Shown: positions 9,553 to 18,583, counted from the first letter of the stretch. The stretch is 64,000 nt of DNA from an uncultured Clostridia bacterium (GCA_944388075.1 CALXHI010000008.1:33334-97333); one strand, 5' to 3'. Translations and numbers: made by a program. The notes: generated by a model from the sequence alone, not told the origin.

Positions 9553-10587
9553 TCAAAACTGCGGCAGCTGTTCCGCATAAAAGCAAGAGCCGTTGCGCTT
9601 GTCAAAGGCAGCGGCAAGCTGCTGTGCCGATTGCATACTGTGATATTGCAATTGCTGTACCTGTGCGTCCGTTAAGGCATTGCCTTTCGCATCCGTTACG
9701 GGAATCTTCTGCTCGATTGCCGCATACAGCAATGCAGCCACACCTCGGTCAAACCAAAAGCACAGATGCGGATTGCGAGAACCTTCCCGCAGCGTTGCCT
9801 GCCGATTCCAAAATGCAATGCCCTGCTCCGGATTTCTTTGCGCATCATAATACAGCAGCAAGCCGGTCTGCTCCAAGCGAAAACGTTCGCCGATGCAATA
9901 GGGACGGAGCAACTTGGCATATCGTTCCGCTTCTGTCCAATCGCCTTGCTGCATCGCATATTTAAGCAGGCAGCCATAGGTGGAAGCAGGAATTTCTTCT
10001 GTACGCAGTTGATTTTGAAAGATTTTCTCTGCAGCCTGCATCGCCTTGTCGTAATGATCAAGCTCCAGTTCCCATCGTACCTGCGTGTGGTAGAAATCGG
10101 TTTTGCCGTCGCTCATGCCATCGAGCGGACTCGCCAGAAAATCCGCATAGTCCAATCGGAATTTCGCACGGTCATACGGGAAATAAAACATCGCCCGTTT
10201 GGAATAAAACGGATTGAGCGAATAGCCCTGCATCGTCAGCCGCTTGCGAAATTCCTGAAACCAACACAAGGCTTGCAGCTTTTCGATTTGGTAAAACTCC
10301 GTCGTGAGCTCTACCAGCCATTTAAAGAGCCAAAGTGTCATCCCGGCATATTGCGCATCCAAATCCGAATGCGCTTCACAAATCGCCAGATATTGCGGAA
10401 AATCTACCAATGCCTGATAGCGGTCACCCGAAAAGACGGATTCCCGAATCAAATCGTGATGCAGCAGCAATGCCGTATGCCAATCCTGTTCTGCGTCCGC
10501 TTCGGTGATCGCTGCACGAATGGCACGCATCCGCACATCGCCCGATTCCAGTTGCCGGTATGCCGCTTCGGCTGCCGCATAATCCAT
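9553..10587 (-). CDS. 344-aa protein of unknown function, paralog of the N-terminal module of the 788-aa protein
   Basis: The ORF is coherent and sits 15 nt downstream of the HtpG-like gene and 9 nt upstream of the next gene. Shared blocks with the 788-aa protein: RMRAIRAAITEADAE / RTRALKEAIAAADEA, QGYSLNPFY / YGYSLRPYY, AAAFDKRNGS / AARFDQRNGN. Confidence 0.7.
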   Translation of the reverse strand: MDYAAAEAAYRQLESGDVRMRAIRAAITEADAEQDWHTALLLHHDLIRESVFSGDRYQALVDFPQYLAICEAHSDLDAQYAGMTLWLFKWLVELTTEFYQIEKLQALCWFQEFRKRLTMQGYSLNPFYSKRAMFYFPYDRAKFRLDYADFLASPLDGMSDGKTDFYHTQVRWELELDHYDKAMQAAEKIFQNQLRTEEIPASTYGCLLKYAMQQGDWTEAERYAKLLRPYCIGERFRLEQTGLLLYYDAQRNPEQGIAFWNRQATLREGSRNPHLCFWFDRGVAALLYAAIEQKIPVTDAKGNALTDAQVQQLQYHSMQSAQQLAAAFDKRNGSCFYAEQLPQF

Positions 10588-10602
10588 CGTATTTCCTCCG
10601 TT

Positions 10603-12411
10603 TCACAAACTCCATTCGAGCAATTGCAGCAAATTCTCATTGAGCATTTGCCGCTCGGCATGGCGCATCGGGTAACCGCCCGACAGCAATGCCTGCACAT
10701 ATAAAATCTCGATACAGCAACGCAGACGCTCACTCTCTCGCAATGTCATCAGCCGCTGAATCAAGGGATTGTTGACATTCAGGTACAGCCTTGCACCGAC
10801 CTGCTCATGATATTCCGATGCCAGCGCACCGAGTACGCCCTGAAACATCGCATTCGCCATCTCCATTGAGCGGTGAATATCCCGCAATGCCATGGCTTTC
10901 TCGTCAATCATATACAGCACCGGCAAATCCGTCGGCTCGAACGCCTTGAGTCCTGCCGCACAGTCATAGCTTTGCAGTGTGGCATTGCATTCGGCGAGCA
11001 GCAGCAGCGCATCGCTTGCGTTGTCGAGCTTTGGCGCATCGAGCAGCGTATCGGGATTGAGCGTTTGCAGCGACATGACCTCGATATCGGGGTTCAGCAG
11101 ATACATGCGTTCCAACAGGCTGCGCACATAGGTATAGCCGGCATTGACCAGCATCATATGTTTCGCACGGGCAATCGGCATCATCTGCCGGAACTCCTCG
11201 AATGCCGCATAGCAAATCGGATCATCTGCCTGTAAAAGTACCTGCCCCGACAACGTACCGTAAGGCGTTTCAAATTGCAGGTAGGGGAAAAAGGTCTGAT
11301 AGAGCGCATCATCCTCCACCGCAACCGACTGCACTGCCAGTTGATGAATCTGCACGATTTTTTGCAGCAGACCGGGCTTTTCCGTTGCAAGCCGCTTGAG
11401 ATAGCGAACCAGACAGTCGTTCAGCTCCTCACGGGCTTGCAGCAGCATATCATCCTCATAGAAATCTTCTCGGGAAGCGGTCGGGCGCAGCGTTGTGGTA
11501 TTGAGGAAACAGCGCAGAAAAAATGCCCATTTCGGCAAAAGCCTTCCGCCATCCTCCGTCAACAGCATATGCTTTAAGTAAATACGGTGGGAATGCTTTG
11601 CAGTCGGTGCGGATTCCGACGACAGAATAAATGCGACACCGGAAAACAGCCCGCTCGGCGATTCCAGCACAATATAATCTAAAAATCGCTCTCCAAACAG
11701 CGATTCGCCGAACTGCATCACCTGTGCAAAGGTGTTGTCTCCGGAAACAAGCGGCGGATTCAGCCGTGTTTTACTGCCATCCGTTTCGAGCCAAATCGGT
11801 TCGGGCAGCGGTCTGCCGTAATACTGCACCAATCGGGTCAAGCGTTCTGCTGTAAAGTAGTCTTCCGCACCGGCTTTCGGCGTCAACACGATGGTCGTAC
11901 CGATGGTATCCCGCATCGCACAAGGCGTAATCGTATAAGTACCATCGGGTTTTCCGCACCATTCCAAGGTCTGTTCGGGCGTATCCATCGAACGTGTCAC
12001 CACACGAATACAATCGGATACCAAAAAACAGGACAGCAGTCCGATGCCGAATCTGCCGATATAGTCATTGGCAATCCTGCCGGAGGTCAAATCATGCTTG
12101 GAAGATTGCCCGATGACCGCCAAAAACCGATGGATCTCCGATTCGGTCAGACCCGTTCCGGTATCGGCAAACCGCAGCGTTGGCAAGCCGTTCTCCTGCG
12201 TCAATGTCAATGTGACCGCATCGGGATTTTCGGTCTGTATGCCTCGATTGCGCTTGGCTTGTATCGCATCCACCGCATTTTGCAGCAGTTCTCGCACAAA
12301 TACATCCGGTGAGCTGTATAAATGGTTCGACAAGATATCAATCATGCCGCCCAGATTCACCTGAAATAAATAGGAATCCTGTTCGGATTTTGTACGGCGT
12401 TCTTCCGGCAT
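10603..12411 (-). CDS. divergent HSP90/HtpG-family GHKL ATPase (602 aa)
   Basis: Full-length colinearity with HtpG. Motifs seen: N-box VRELLQNAVDA, DTGTGL, G2 box IGRFGIGLLS, middle-domain catalytic-loop-like TASRE, and a C-terminal dimerisation-like helix region. SD AAAGGAAG lies 9 nt before the ATG. Confidence 0.8.
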   Translation of the reverse strand: MPEERRTKSEQDSYLFQVNLGGMIDILSNHLYSSPDVFVRELLQNAVDAIQAKRNRGIQTENPDAVTLTLTQENGLPTLRFADTGTGLTESEIHRFLAVIGQSSKHDLTSGRIANDYIGRFGIGLLSCFLVSDCIRVVTRSMDTPEQTLEWCGKPDGTYTITPCAMRDTIGTTIVLTPKAGAEDYFTAERLTRLVQYYGRPLPEPIWLETDGSKTRLNPPLVSGDNTFAQVMQFGESLFGERFLDYIVLESPSGLFSGVAFILSSESAPTAKHSHRIYLKHMLLTEDGGRLLPKWAFFLRCFLNTTTLRPTASREDFYEDDMLLQAREELNDCLVRYLKRLATEKPGLLQKIVQIHQLAVQSVAVEDDALYQTFFPYLQFETPYGTLSGQVLLQADDPICYAAFEEFRQMMPIARAKHMMLVNAGYTYVRSLLERMYLLNPDIEVMSLQTLNPDTLLDAPKLDNASDALLLLAECNATLQSYDCAAGLKAFEPTDLPVLYMIDEKAMALRDIHRSMEMANAMFQGVLGALASEYHEQVGARLYLNVNNPLIQRLMTLRESERLRCCIEILYVQALLSGGYPMRHAERQMLNENLLQLLEWSL

Positions 12412-12447
12412 TCACTTCAACTTCCTTTCTATAGACCTGATAGTTAT

Positions 12448-12476
12448 ATTGTACCATATTGTAAAAGTTTCGTCAA
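12448..12476 (-). promoter_or_regulatory. sigma-A type promoter of the HtpG-like operon
   Basis: On the minus strand: TTGACG, 17 nt spacer, TACAAT, with TGg extended -10. Confidence 0.55.
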
Positions 12477-12507
12477 GTAATGACACCATTTTTTCATTGC
12501 TTTGTTC

Positions 12508-12536
12508 TTGCATTTTCATCACACATATGGTATACT
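12508..12536 (+). promoter_or_regulatory. divergent sigma-A type promoter
   Basis: TTGCAT, 17 nt spacer, TATACT, with TGg extended -10. Confidence 0.5.
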
Positions 12537-12618
12537 GAATACACACAAATCCGATTCTATCGACCGATATTTCATGGAACGAGCCATAGAGAACGTCATC
12601 TTGAGAAAGGAGGATATT

Positions 12619-13071
12619 ATGTTTCAGCCAAATGGATTCGGCAGACCGAAAGGACCTCGCCGTCCGGGAATGCCGCCTGCATACGGAAAGCCCGATGCGC
12701 CTCGGCCACGCCGCCCCCACGGAACTGCACCACAACCGGCAAAACCCTATATATCACCCATCCTGTCGGCTGCGCCTCCCTCAGCCTATCGCCGTCCCAG
12801 AGGACAGGCAAACCGAACCGGCAGCCTGCTCGGAACATTGATGGGGACTGCTGCCGTTTCCGGCAAGGCAGTCACGATCGACTCCGAGATCGAGCAGCAG
12901 CGTCAAGCTATCCGCCGTCAGCAGGAACAGCTGCAAGCCCAACGAATGCAGCAAATGCAAGCGGTCGTCATGCAGGAAGTCGGTGTCCCCTATCAGGCAG
13001 TGACCTGTCCCAGCTGCGGCGCTGTGGTCAACGGAAACTTCTGTGAATTCTGCGGCACGGCATTGTCCTAA
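12619..13071 (+). CDS. Pro-rich protein with C-terminal zinc ribbon
   Basis: AAGGAGG SD before the ATG at 12619. Basic/Pro-rich N-terminus, Q-rich coiled segment, C-terminal CPSCG...CEFCG. Confidence 0.6.
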   Translation: MFQPNGFGRPKGPRRPGMPPAYGKPDAPRPRRPHGTAPQPAKPYISPILSAAPPSAYRRPRGQANRTGSLLGTLMGTAAVSGKAVTIDSEIEQQRQAIRRQQEQLQAQRMQQMQAVVMQEVGVPYQAVTCPSCGAVVNGNFCEFCGTALS

Positions 13072-13083
13072 TCCGAAAATATC

Positions 13084-13122
13084 AAACGACTGCTGTATCT
13101 TCGCAATACGGCAGTCGTTTTT
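13084..13122. terminator. bidirectional intrinsic terminator
   Basis: AAACGACTGCTGTAT ... ATACGGCAGTCGTTTTT. Confidence 0.75.
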
Positions 13123-13125
13123 CGC

Positions 13126-13584
13126 TTATCCGACAAGCTCCAGTAAGCCCTCGATCAGCAGCATGATGCCGCCCACAATAAAAATCCAATCGATGGTACC
13201 TCCCTGATTGAAGAGTAGACAGGCACCTGCCACCACCATCACAATCGGACGGATATAATTCAGCGCCCGGTTGCTATCCTCGAACATACTGCCGCGCCGG
13301 AGATTGACCAGCAGCATCAAGCCCATCACAATCAAAACTGCACCCAGAATGTACAGGGCGAGATTGACAAACATCCAGCCAAACACCAGAATGCAGACAC
13401 CGAGCACCGCCTTGATGATACCATCATTGGTGCGTTTGTTGACAAAGTCCAAAATGGCAGTGACAATCATGGAAACGGCAAAGACCGTCATGGCAATGTC
13501 AACCACACCGCCCTTCAGCACGATCAGCAAAAGTCCCAGTACAATCATACCAATTGCCATCACTGCATTATCTTTTCTACGCAT
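13126..13584 (-). CDS. DUF308/HdeD-like small membrane protein
   Basis: Six hydrophobic helices with repeated G..L...G pattern. AAAGGAG SD before the ATG. Confidence 0.55.
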   Translation of the reverse strand: MRRKDNAVMAIGMIVLGLLLIVLKGGVVDIAMTVFAVSMIVTAILDFVNKRTNDGIIKAVLGVCILVFGWMFVNLALYILGAVLIVMGLMLLVNLRRGSMFEDSNRALNYIRPIVMVVAGACLLFNQGGTIDWIFIVGGIMLLIEGLLELVG

Positions 13585-13615
13585 ACAAAGCTCCTTTCAT
13601 CTCTTGCAATCTTCA

Positions 13616-14329
13616 TCAAGAAATATTCGTGGCAACACCAATCGAAACATAATGATCCAGAATCGCTCGCAAATCCGTACCTTCACAAGCGTTCCAATTT
13701 CGCTTTCCCACAACCGTATACGAAATACGTCCCGATGGCATTGCCGTTTCCGCATAGGTATCCATATAGAAATCATGCTCAGAAACCGTCCGATTCCACA
13801 ATATGCCCTTGCATTCCGACAGCGGACAATCGGGAAAGTTGACATTCCAAATGCGCCGTGCGTCCAACGGCCGGTTGAGCAGCTTCTCAAGGATTTCCGA
13901 AAGATAGCGATCTGCAACTGCATGGCAGTCTCCCGTACCCTCGGAAAACGCAATGGACGGAATCTTTTGGAATGCACCCTCAAATGCCGCACCCACTGTC
14001 GCAGAATACTGCAAATCCGTTCCCACATTGAAGCCGCAATTGATGCCCGAAAACGCCGCATTCGGTTTCTCCGGCAGAAGATTCAGCACACCAATGCGCA
14101 CACAATCCGCCGGCGTACCCGTACAGGCAAAGGCACGGATATGCGGAATCGGAAACGCCACTTCCCATGCCTCAAAGCTGCCATGCAGCGTCAAACCATG
14201 CGATATGCCGCTTCTCTGCCGATAGGGTGCAACCACCCATACCTCGCCGAATGCCGATGCCGCTTTCGCAAGCCGAAGGATACCGTCCGCATGCACACCG
14301 TCATCATTGGTCAGCAGGATTCGTTTCAT
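13616..14329 (-). CDS. surE: 5'/3'-nucleotidase SurE
   Basis: N-terminal MKRILLTNDDG motif and overall SurE colinearity. The second ATG was chosen because the SD abuts the first. Confidence 0.85.
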   Translation of the reverse strand: MKRILLTNDDGVHADGILRLAKAASAFGEVWVVAPYRQRSGISHGLTLHGSFEAWEVAFPIPHIRAFACTGTPADCVRIGVLNLLPEKPNAAFSGINCGFNVGTDLQYSATVGAAFEGAFQKIPSIAFSEGTGDCHAVADRYLSEILEKLLNRPLDARRIWNVNFPDCPLSECKGILWNRTVSEHDFYMDTYAETAMPSGRISYTVVGKRNWNACEGTDLRAILDHYVSIGVATNIS

Positions 14330-14578
14330 GTGCATTTCCTTTCTGCGTTATGTGATTGCTTATATTATAGCAAAAAAACACTGTCTTGTCAATATCTCTT
14401 CCATACCGCACACCATTCTGCATGTAGGTTTACAATAGAAGCGTGACAGTTTACAAAAAAGGGATCGAATTTTCTCATTTGATAACTTTTAAGACAATTT
14501 CACGGCATGTTTAATTTGCCCTTTCGCATGCCATATTATCATCAAACAGCCAATCACGTTTGCATGGAAAGGATTCTT

Positions 14579-15892
14579 ATGGCAAAACAACTGCTCTCGC
14601 CCGGTCGTACCCTTGCACTGGGATTCTTGACGGTTATCCTCATCGGTTCGGGACTTTTGATGCTCCCATGCAGCATACAAGCCGGACAGCAAATTCGCTA
14701 TATTGATGCGCTCTACACGGCGACCAGTGCCGTCTGCGTCACCGGTTTGGTCACGCTCGATCCGGGCACGGCATTGACACCGCTCGGTCGCTGCTTCCTT
14801 GCATTGCTCATTCAAATTGGCGGACTCGGTGTTGCGACCGTTGGTGCCGGCGTGGTATTGGCACTCGGCAAAAAAATCCGCCTCAAAGACCGTACGCTCA
14901 TTCAAACAGCTTCCAACCTCTATTCCGGCAAGGGTACAATCCGCTTTGTCAAACAGGTACTGCGCATGACACTGACCATTGAGCTGCTCGGTGCGGGACT
15001 CTGTTTCCCGATCTTTGTGCAGGACTATCCGCCGCTCTCCGCTTTGGGATACAGTCTGTTTCACAGTGTTTCTGCATTTAACAACGCCGGCTTTGATATT
15101 CTCGGGCATTCCGGCAGCTTGACCGCCAACACAAGTCTCATCGCCTACCACGACAATCTCCCCCTCAATCTCGTCACCATCGGACTGATTCTCGTTGGCG
15201 GTATCGGATTTCTGGTCTTACAGGAACTGCGAGTCCATCGACTGCATTGGAAACACTATTCCATGCACAGCAAGGTTGTCCTGTCGGTTTCGGCTGTTTT
15301 GGTGATATCGGGCATGTTGCTGCTGCGCCTGACCGCCCCAACAGAATCGTGGCTTAGTGCAGGCTTCCACAGCGTTTCCGCTCGTACCGCCGGATTTTCT
15401 ACGATAGATATTGCCGCAATGTCCGATGCGGGATTGTTGGGATTGCTGCTGTTGATGTTCATCGGTGCATCGCCCGGTTCAACCGGCGGCGGTATCAAAA
15501 CCACATCGCTGTTCGTGTTGGTACAAGGCATTCGTTCGGCAGCAAGTAACCGTTCGGAGAAAGCCTTTCACTATGCCATTCCACCTGCTCTATTCCGAAA
15601 AGCGGCGGTGATTGCAGCGCTCGCCCTGTCGGCGATTTTATCCGCAAGCTTTCTGCTTCTGTTGCTGGAGCCCGATATCGCTTTGCGAGATGCCCTGTTT
15701 GAAATGACCAGTGCATTCGGCACGGTCGGTCTGTCTACCGGTATCACGCCCCATTTGGGCATCGATGCAAAGCTACTCTCTATGCTCATGATGTATATCG
15801 GCAGACTCGGATCATTGACCATCGCATCGCTTTGGTCTTTCCGGCATACGGAACACGTCAACTATCCCGATGGCAACCTTGCCGTCGGCTAA
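14579..15892 (+). CDS. ktrB: TrkH/KtrB-family potassium uptake membrane subunit
   Basis: Four pore-loop repeats (CVTGLVT, NNAGFD, RTAGFST, STGGGIKTT). SD GGAAAGGA before the ATG at 14579. Confidence 0.85.
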   Translation: MAKQLLSPGRTLALGFLTVILIGSGLLMLPCSIQAGQQIRYIDALYTATSAVCVTGLVTLDPGTALTPLGRCFLALLIQIGGLGVATVGAGVVLALGKKIRLKDRTLIQTASNLYSGKGTIRFVKQVLRMTLTIELLGAGLCFPIFVQDYPPLSALGYSLFHSVSAFNNAGFDILGHSGSLTANTSLIAYHDNLPLNLVTIGLILVGGIGFLVLQELRVHRLHWKHYSMHSKVVLSVSAVLVISGMLLLRLTAPTESWLSAGFHSVSARTAGFSTIDIAAMSDAGLLGLLLLMFIGASPGSTGGGIKTTSLFVLVQGIRSAASNRSEKAFHYAIPPALFRKAAVIAALALSAILSASFLLLLLEPDIALRDALFEMTSAFGTVGLSTGITPHLGIDAKLLSMLMMYIGRLGSLTIASLWSFRHTEHVNYPDGNLAVG

Positions 15893-15909
15893 CCGAAAGG
15901 AGCAAACTA

Positions 15910-16581
15910 ATGTTTCGGAAACCCGTAAATCCCACCGCCTATGCCGTCATCGGACTGGGTAAATTCGGCATGGCACTTGCCTTGGAGCTGGCGAAAGCCG
16001 GTGCAGAATTCATTGTGCTGGATTGCGATGCAGAAAAGGTGCGTACCATGCGTGACTACACGGAATATGCCTTTGTCGTACCCACGCTCGACAAAAAAGC
16101 CCTGACCGAAGCCGGTGTGCAAAACTGCGATACGGCAATTGTCTGCATCGGCGAAGCGATTGACGTTTCCATATTAACAACGCTGCATCTCATCAGTCTG
16201 GGCATTCCCACGGTGATTGCCAAATCCACCGGTGCGGAGCATGGCGAAATTCTCAAAAAGATCGGCGCAACGGTCGTCTATCCCGAACAAGATATGGCAA
16301 TCCGGTTGGCACATCGGCTCGAGACCGATCGAATGCTCGACTATATTCAGCTTTCCGAAAAGCTGAATATCTCCAAACTGCTTGTCCCCAAACAAGTCAT
16401 CGGGAAAACCGTGCGGAACGTTGACCTGCGGAAACAGTTTGGCGTCAACATCATCGCCATTGAACATGCCGGATATCTCATCGAAGCGGTACAGCCGGAG
16501 TATGTTTTTGACACAGGCGATATCTTGTTTGTTTCCGGCACAAAAGATGGACTTGCTCATCTGGCACAATGGGCGGAATAA
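15910..16581 (+). CDS. ktrA: TrkA/KtrA-family potassium uptake peripheral subunit (RCK domains)
   Basis: Rossmann motif VIGLGKFG, RCK_N and RCK_C colinearity. SD AAAGGAG before the ATG at 15910. Confidence 0.85.
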   Translation: MFRKPVNPTAYAVIGLGKFGMALALELAKAGAEFIVLDCDAEKVRTMRDYTEYAFVVPTLDKKALTEAGVQNCDTAIVCIGEAIDVSILTTLHLISLGIPTVIAKSTGAEHGEILKKIGATVVYPEQDMAIRLAHRLETDRMLDYIQLSEKLNISKLLVPKQVIGKTVRNVDLRKQFGVNIIAIEHAGYLIEAVQPEYVFDTGDILFVSGTKDGLAHLAQWAE

Positions 16582-16584
16582 CAG

Positions 16585-16617
16585 AAAGCGGCCAAGATTG
16601 CTCTTAGCCGCTTTTTT
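16585..16617 (+). terminator. intrinsic terminator after ktrA
   Basis: AAAGCGGC ... GCCGCTTTTTT. Confidence 0.7.
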
Positions 16618-16736
16618 CTGAATATGCAAATAATCCGTATGATTCGACATGCTGCGGTTTCCGTTCTCCGCAATCGGAGTGATCGGCAAACCGTGACGCT
16701 GCCTCATTTTGTCTTGTGCTGTTTGATGATTTGAGA

Positions 16737-17704
16737 TTATGCGTATGGCGAAACCTGATACATTTTCTCGTCTTTGATGAAAACAACAACATCATTACCG
16801 ATGGCAGACGAAAACGAATCGTCTAACCCATCGGCTATCTTTTTGATGGAACCGGTTTCATCCATAAAGAAGAAATCCTTCTGGGCATCATCAACTTCCA
16901 TGGCATTTGTAATCAATGTTTGCACACGATTCGGTCCCGAATCGTGTGAGAAGATCGAAAACATTGTTTCATCCATCAAAAAAGCCTTGTCATTTGCCAT
17001 GTCATATAGGACACATTTTTGACGTGGCATCTCGTAACGAATATTAAATTCGAAATAATCGCCCATTGCTGTAAAACTGTTCAAATAGCTGTCCGGTTCA
17101 TTTTTGAAAAAAGCACTGACTTTCGGAATAGATTTTGACGAAACCACTTCCCCTTTCTTATTGTAGGTCGTGATGCAGACCTCAGATGTTTCCAAATTTT
17201 GCGAATACTCATATATCTTTCCGTCCGCCACTGCATATGCAGTAATGGTATTGCGAAGATCGATCGTTCCTGTGATGATTTCGCTTTCACCGGCTGGCGA
17301 AAACAGGGTTACATGATATGTGCGCATATTTTCATTTATATCAGCATATAATTCAATATAACTTGTTTCGTCAATACCATAAGTTAAGTATAGACAAAGC
17401 TAGTACTTAAATCAAACGGTTCTGATTTTAGACGAATTACTTCTTTTTCGGCTAAGTCAATTTGATAATGAACTTGCTCGCCTATTGTTTCGATTGTGAA
17501 AAAAATATTGTTTCCTACAAATGCATAGCTGAAAACAGATGTATTCCAATCTTCCACATAGCCATCAAACTGTTCAGCTTCTCCCGTCAATAAATCGTAT
17601 TGATAATAATACACATCACAATCAATGGCGATCAGCGTTCCGTCTGATAGCACCAACTCCACGCAAGCGGTGTCGATGTTGAACTCACAAGATAAAACTT
17701 TCAT
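16737..17704 (-). pseudogene. hypothetical cargo gene, frameshifted (107-aa and 196-aa pieces)
   Basis: The frame of the 196-aa ORF stays open upstream (..LTYGIDETSYIELYADINENMRTYH..) across the stop of the 107-aa ORF at 17384. Both pieces have similar beta-rich composition. The AAAGGAGG SD precedes only the first piece. Confidence 0.55.
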
Positions 17705-18048
17705 TTTCCGTTCCTCCTTTGCCATGTGATAATCTGCTGTGCGGTGATATTGCACATTTTCAGCTTGCCGAAGTACGGGAGCAGCTTCGTCTTGATGATA
17801 TGCTCCTTGGTTTGCCAGGTATTTTCCTTGATACGGACTTTCATATCCTCGGTGTAGCAATCTACAAAGCTGGCAAATGTCATATCAAGGTCATTGCCGA
17901 GCTTGCTTAACTGCTCACGCTCCCACGCCTGTGCTTCACGCTTTGTCTTAAAGCCACGCTTTTGTGATTGTTTGCGTTCACCGTTCCAATCGGTGTAGCG
18001 GTAAATCACTCGCCAAGTGTTTGTTTTTTCTTCCTTGTAAACTGCCAT
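17701..18048 (-). pseudogene. tyrosine recombinase/integrase, N-terminal 115-aa fragment only
   Basis: Typical Arm-binding plus SAM-like N-terminus (MAVYKEEKTNTWRVIYRYTDWNGERKQSQKRGFKTKREA...FASFVDCYTEDMK...LLPYFG). It ends where about 270 more residues, including the catalytic domain, are expected. Confidence 0.7.
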
Positions 18049-18051
18049 AAA

Positions 18052-18249
18052 TTACTTCCTTTCTTCGATTTTTTCGGCATAGCCAAATCTTTCCATAAAA
18101 TACTTTCTGTTCACTTTGCCGGAGACGGTCAAAATATCTTTTTCTTCCAGCTCTTTGTTGAGCTTCTGAATGATTTTATAGGCGTAGGACTTGGAAACTC
18201 CAATCTCGTCTGCCACTTCCTGTGCATTGATAAACTTGTTATTTACCAT
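18052..18249 (-). CDS. excisionase-like helix-turn-helix protein (65 aa)
   Basis: AGGAGG SD before the ATG at 18249. INAQEVADEIGVSKSYAYKIIQKLNKELEEKDILTVSGKVNRKYFMERF matches the small HTH proteins found next to integrases of clostridial conjugative elements. Confidence 0.65.
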   Translation of the reverse strand: MVNNKFINAQEVADEIGVSKSYAYKIIQKLNKELEEKDILTVSGKVNRKYFMERFGYAEKIEERK

Positions 18250-18583
18250 AGATTTCCTCCTTTCCTTTGGATTTGTTGGCAATAAGCCCTTTGTGCCGTT
18301 TTACCCGATTGTCGTTCCTGTCCCCACTCTGGACGGCGTTTGCTCGCTCGCACCTTTCGGTGGTCATGGCGGAGTATCCCAATCGGACGGTCATTCAGTT
18401 GTAAGTGCTGCCCCCTCACTAATTCGGAATTTCAGAGGGGTAAAAATCAACCGTTTTCGAAAATATTTTTTCTTTTTCAAATGTTAACTCTATTTGTTTA
18501 AGACTACACCCTTATTATACTAAGCATATTCCGTTATGTCAAGAGGTTTTCGAAAAAATATTAAACTTTTTGTTTCTGCTATC

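Noticed and set aside
14336-14578. c-di-AMP (ydaO/kimA-type) riboswitch upstream of ktrB
   Set aside because: The intergenic region is AT-rich, with no recognisable pseudo-twofold ydaO core (no ACGGGGA/CCCGAAUCC-type blocks). It probably holds only promoter elements.
15832-15909. Upstream start of the ktrA ORF overlapping ktrB
   Set aside because: The region overlaps the ktrB 3' end. The ATG at 15910 has an AAAGGAG SD and gives the canonical TrkA N-terminus with the GxGxxG fold about 15 residues in.
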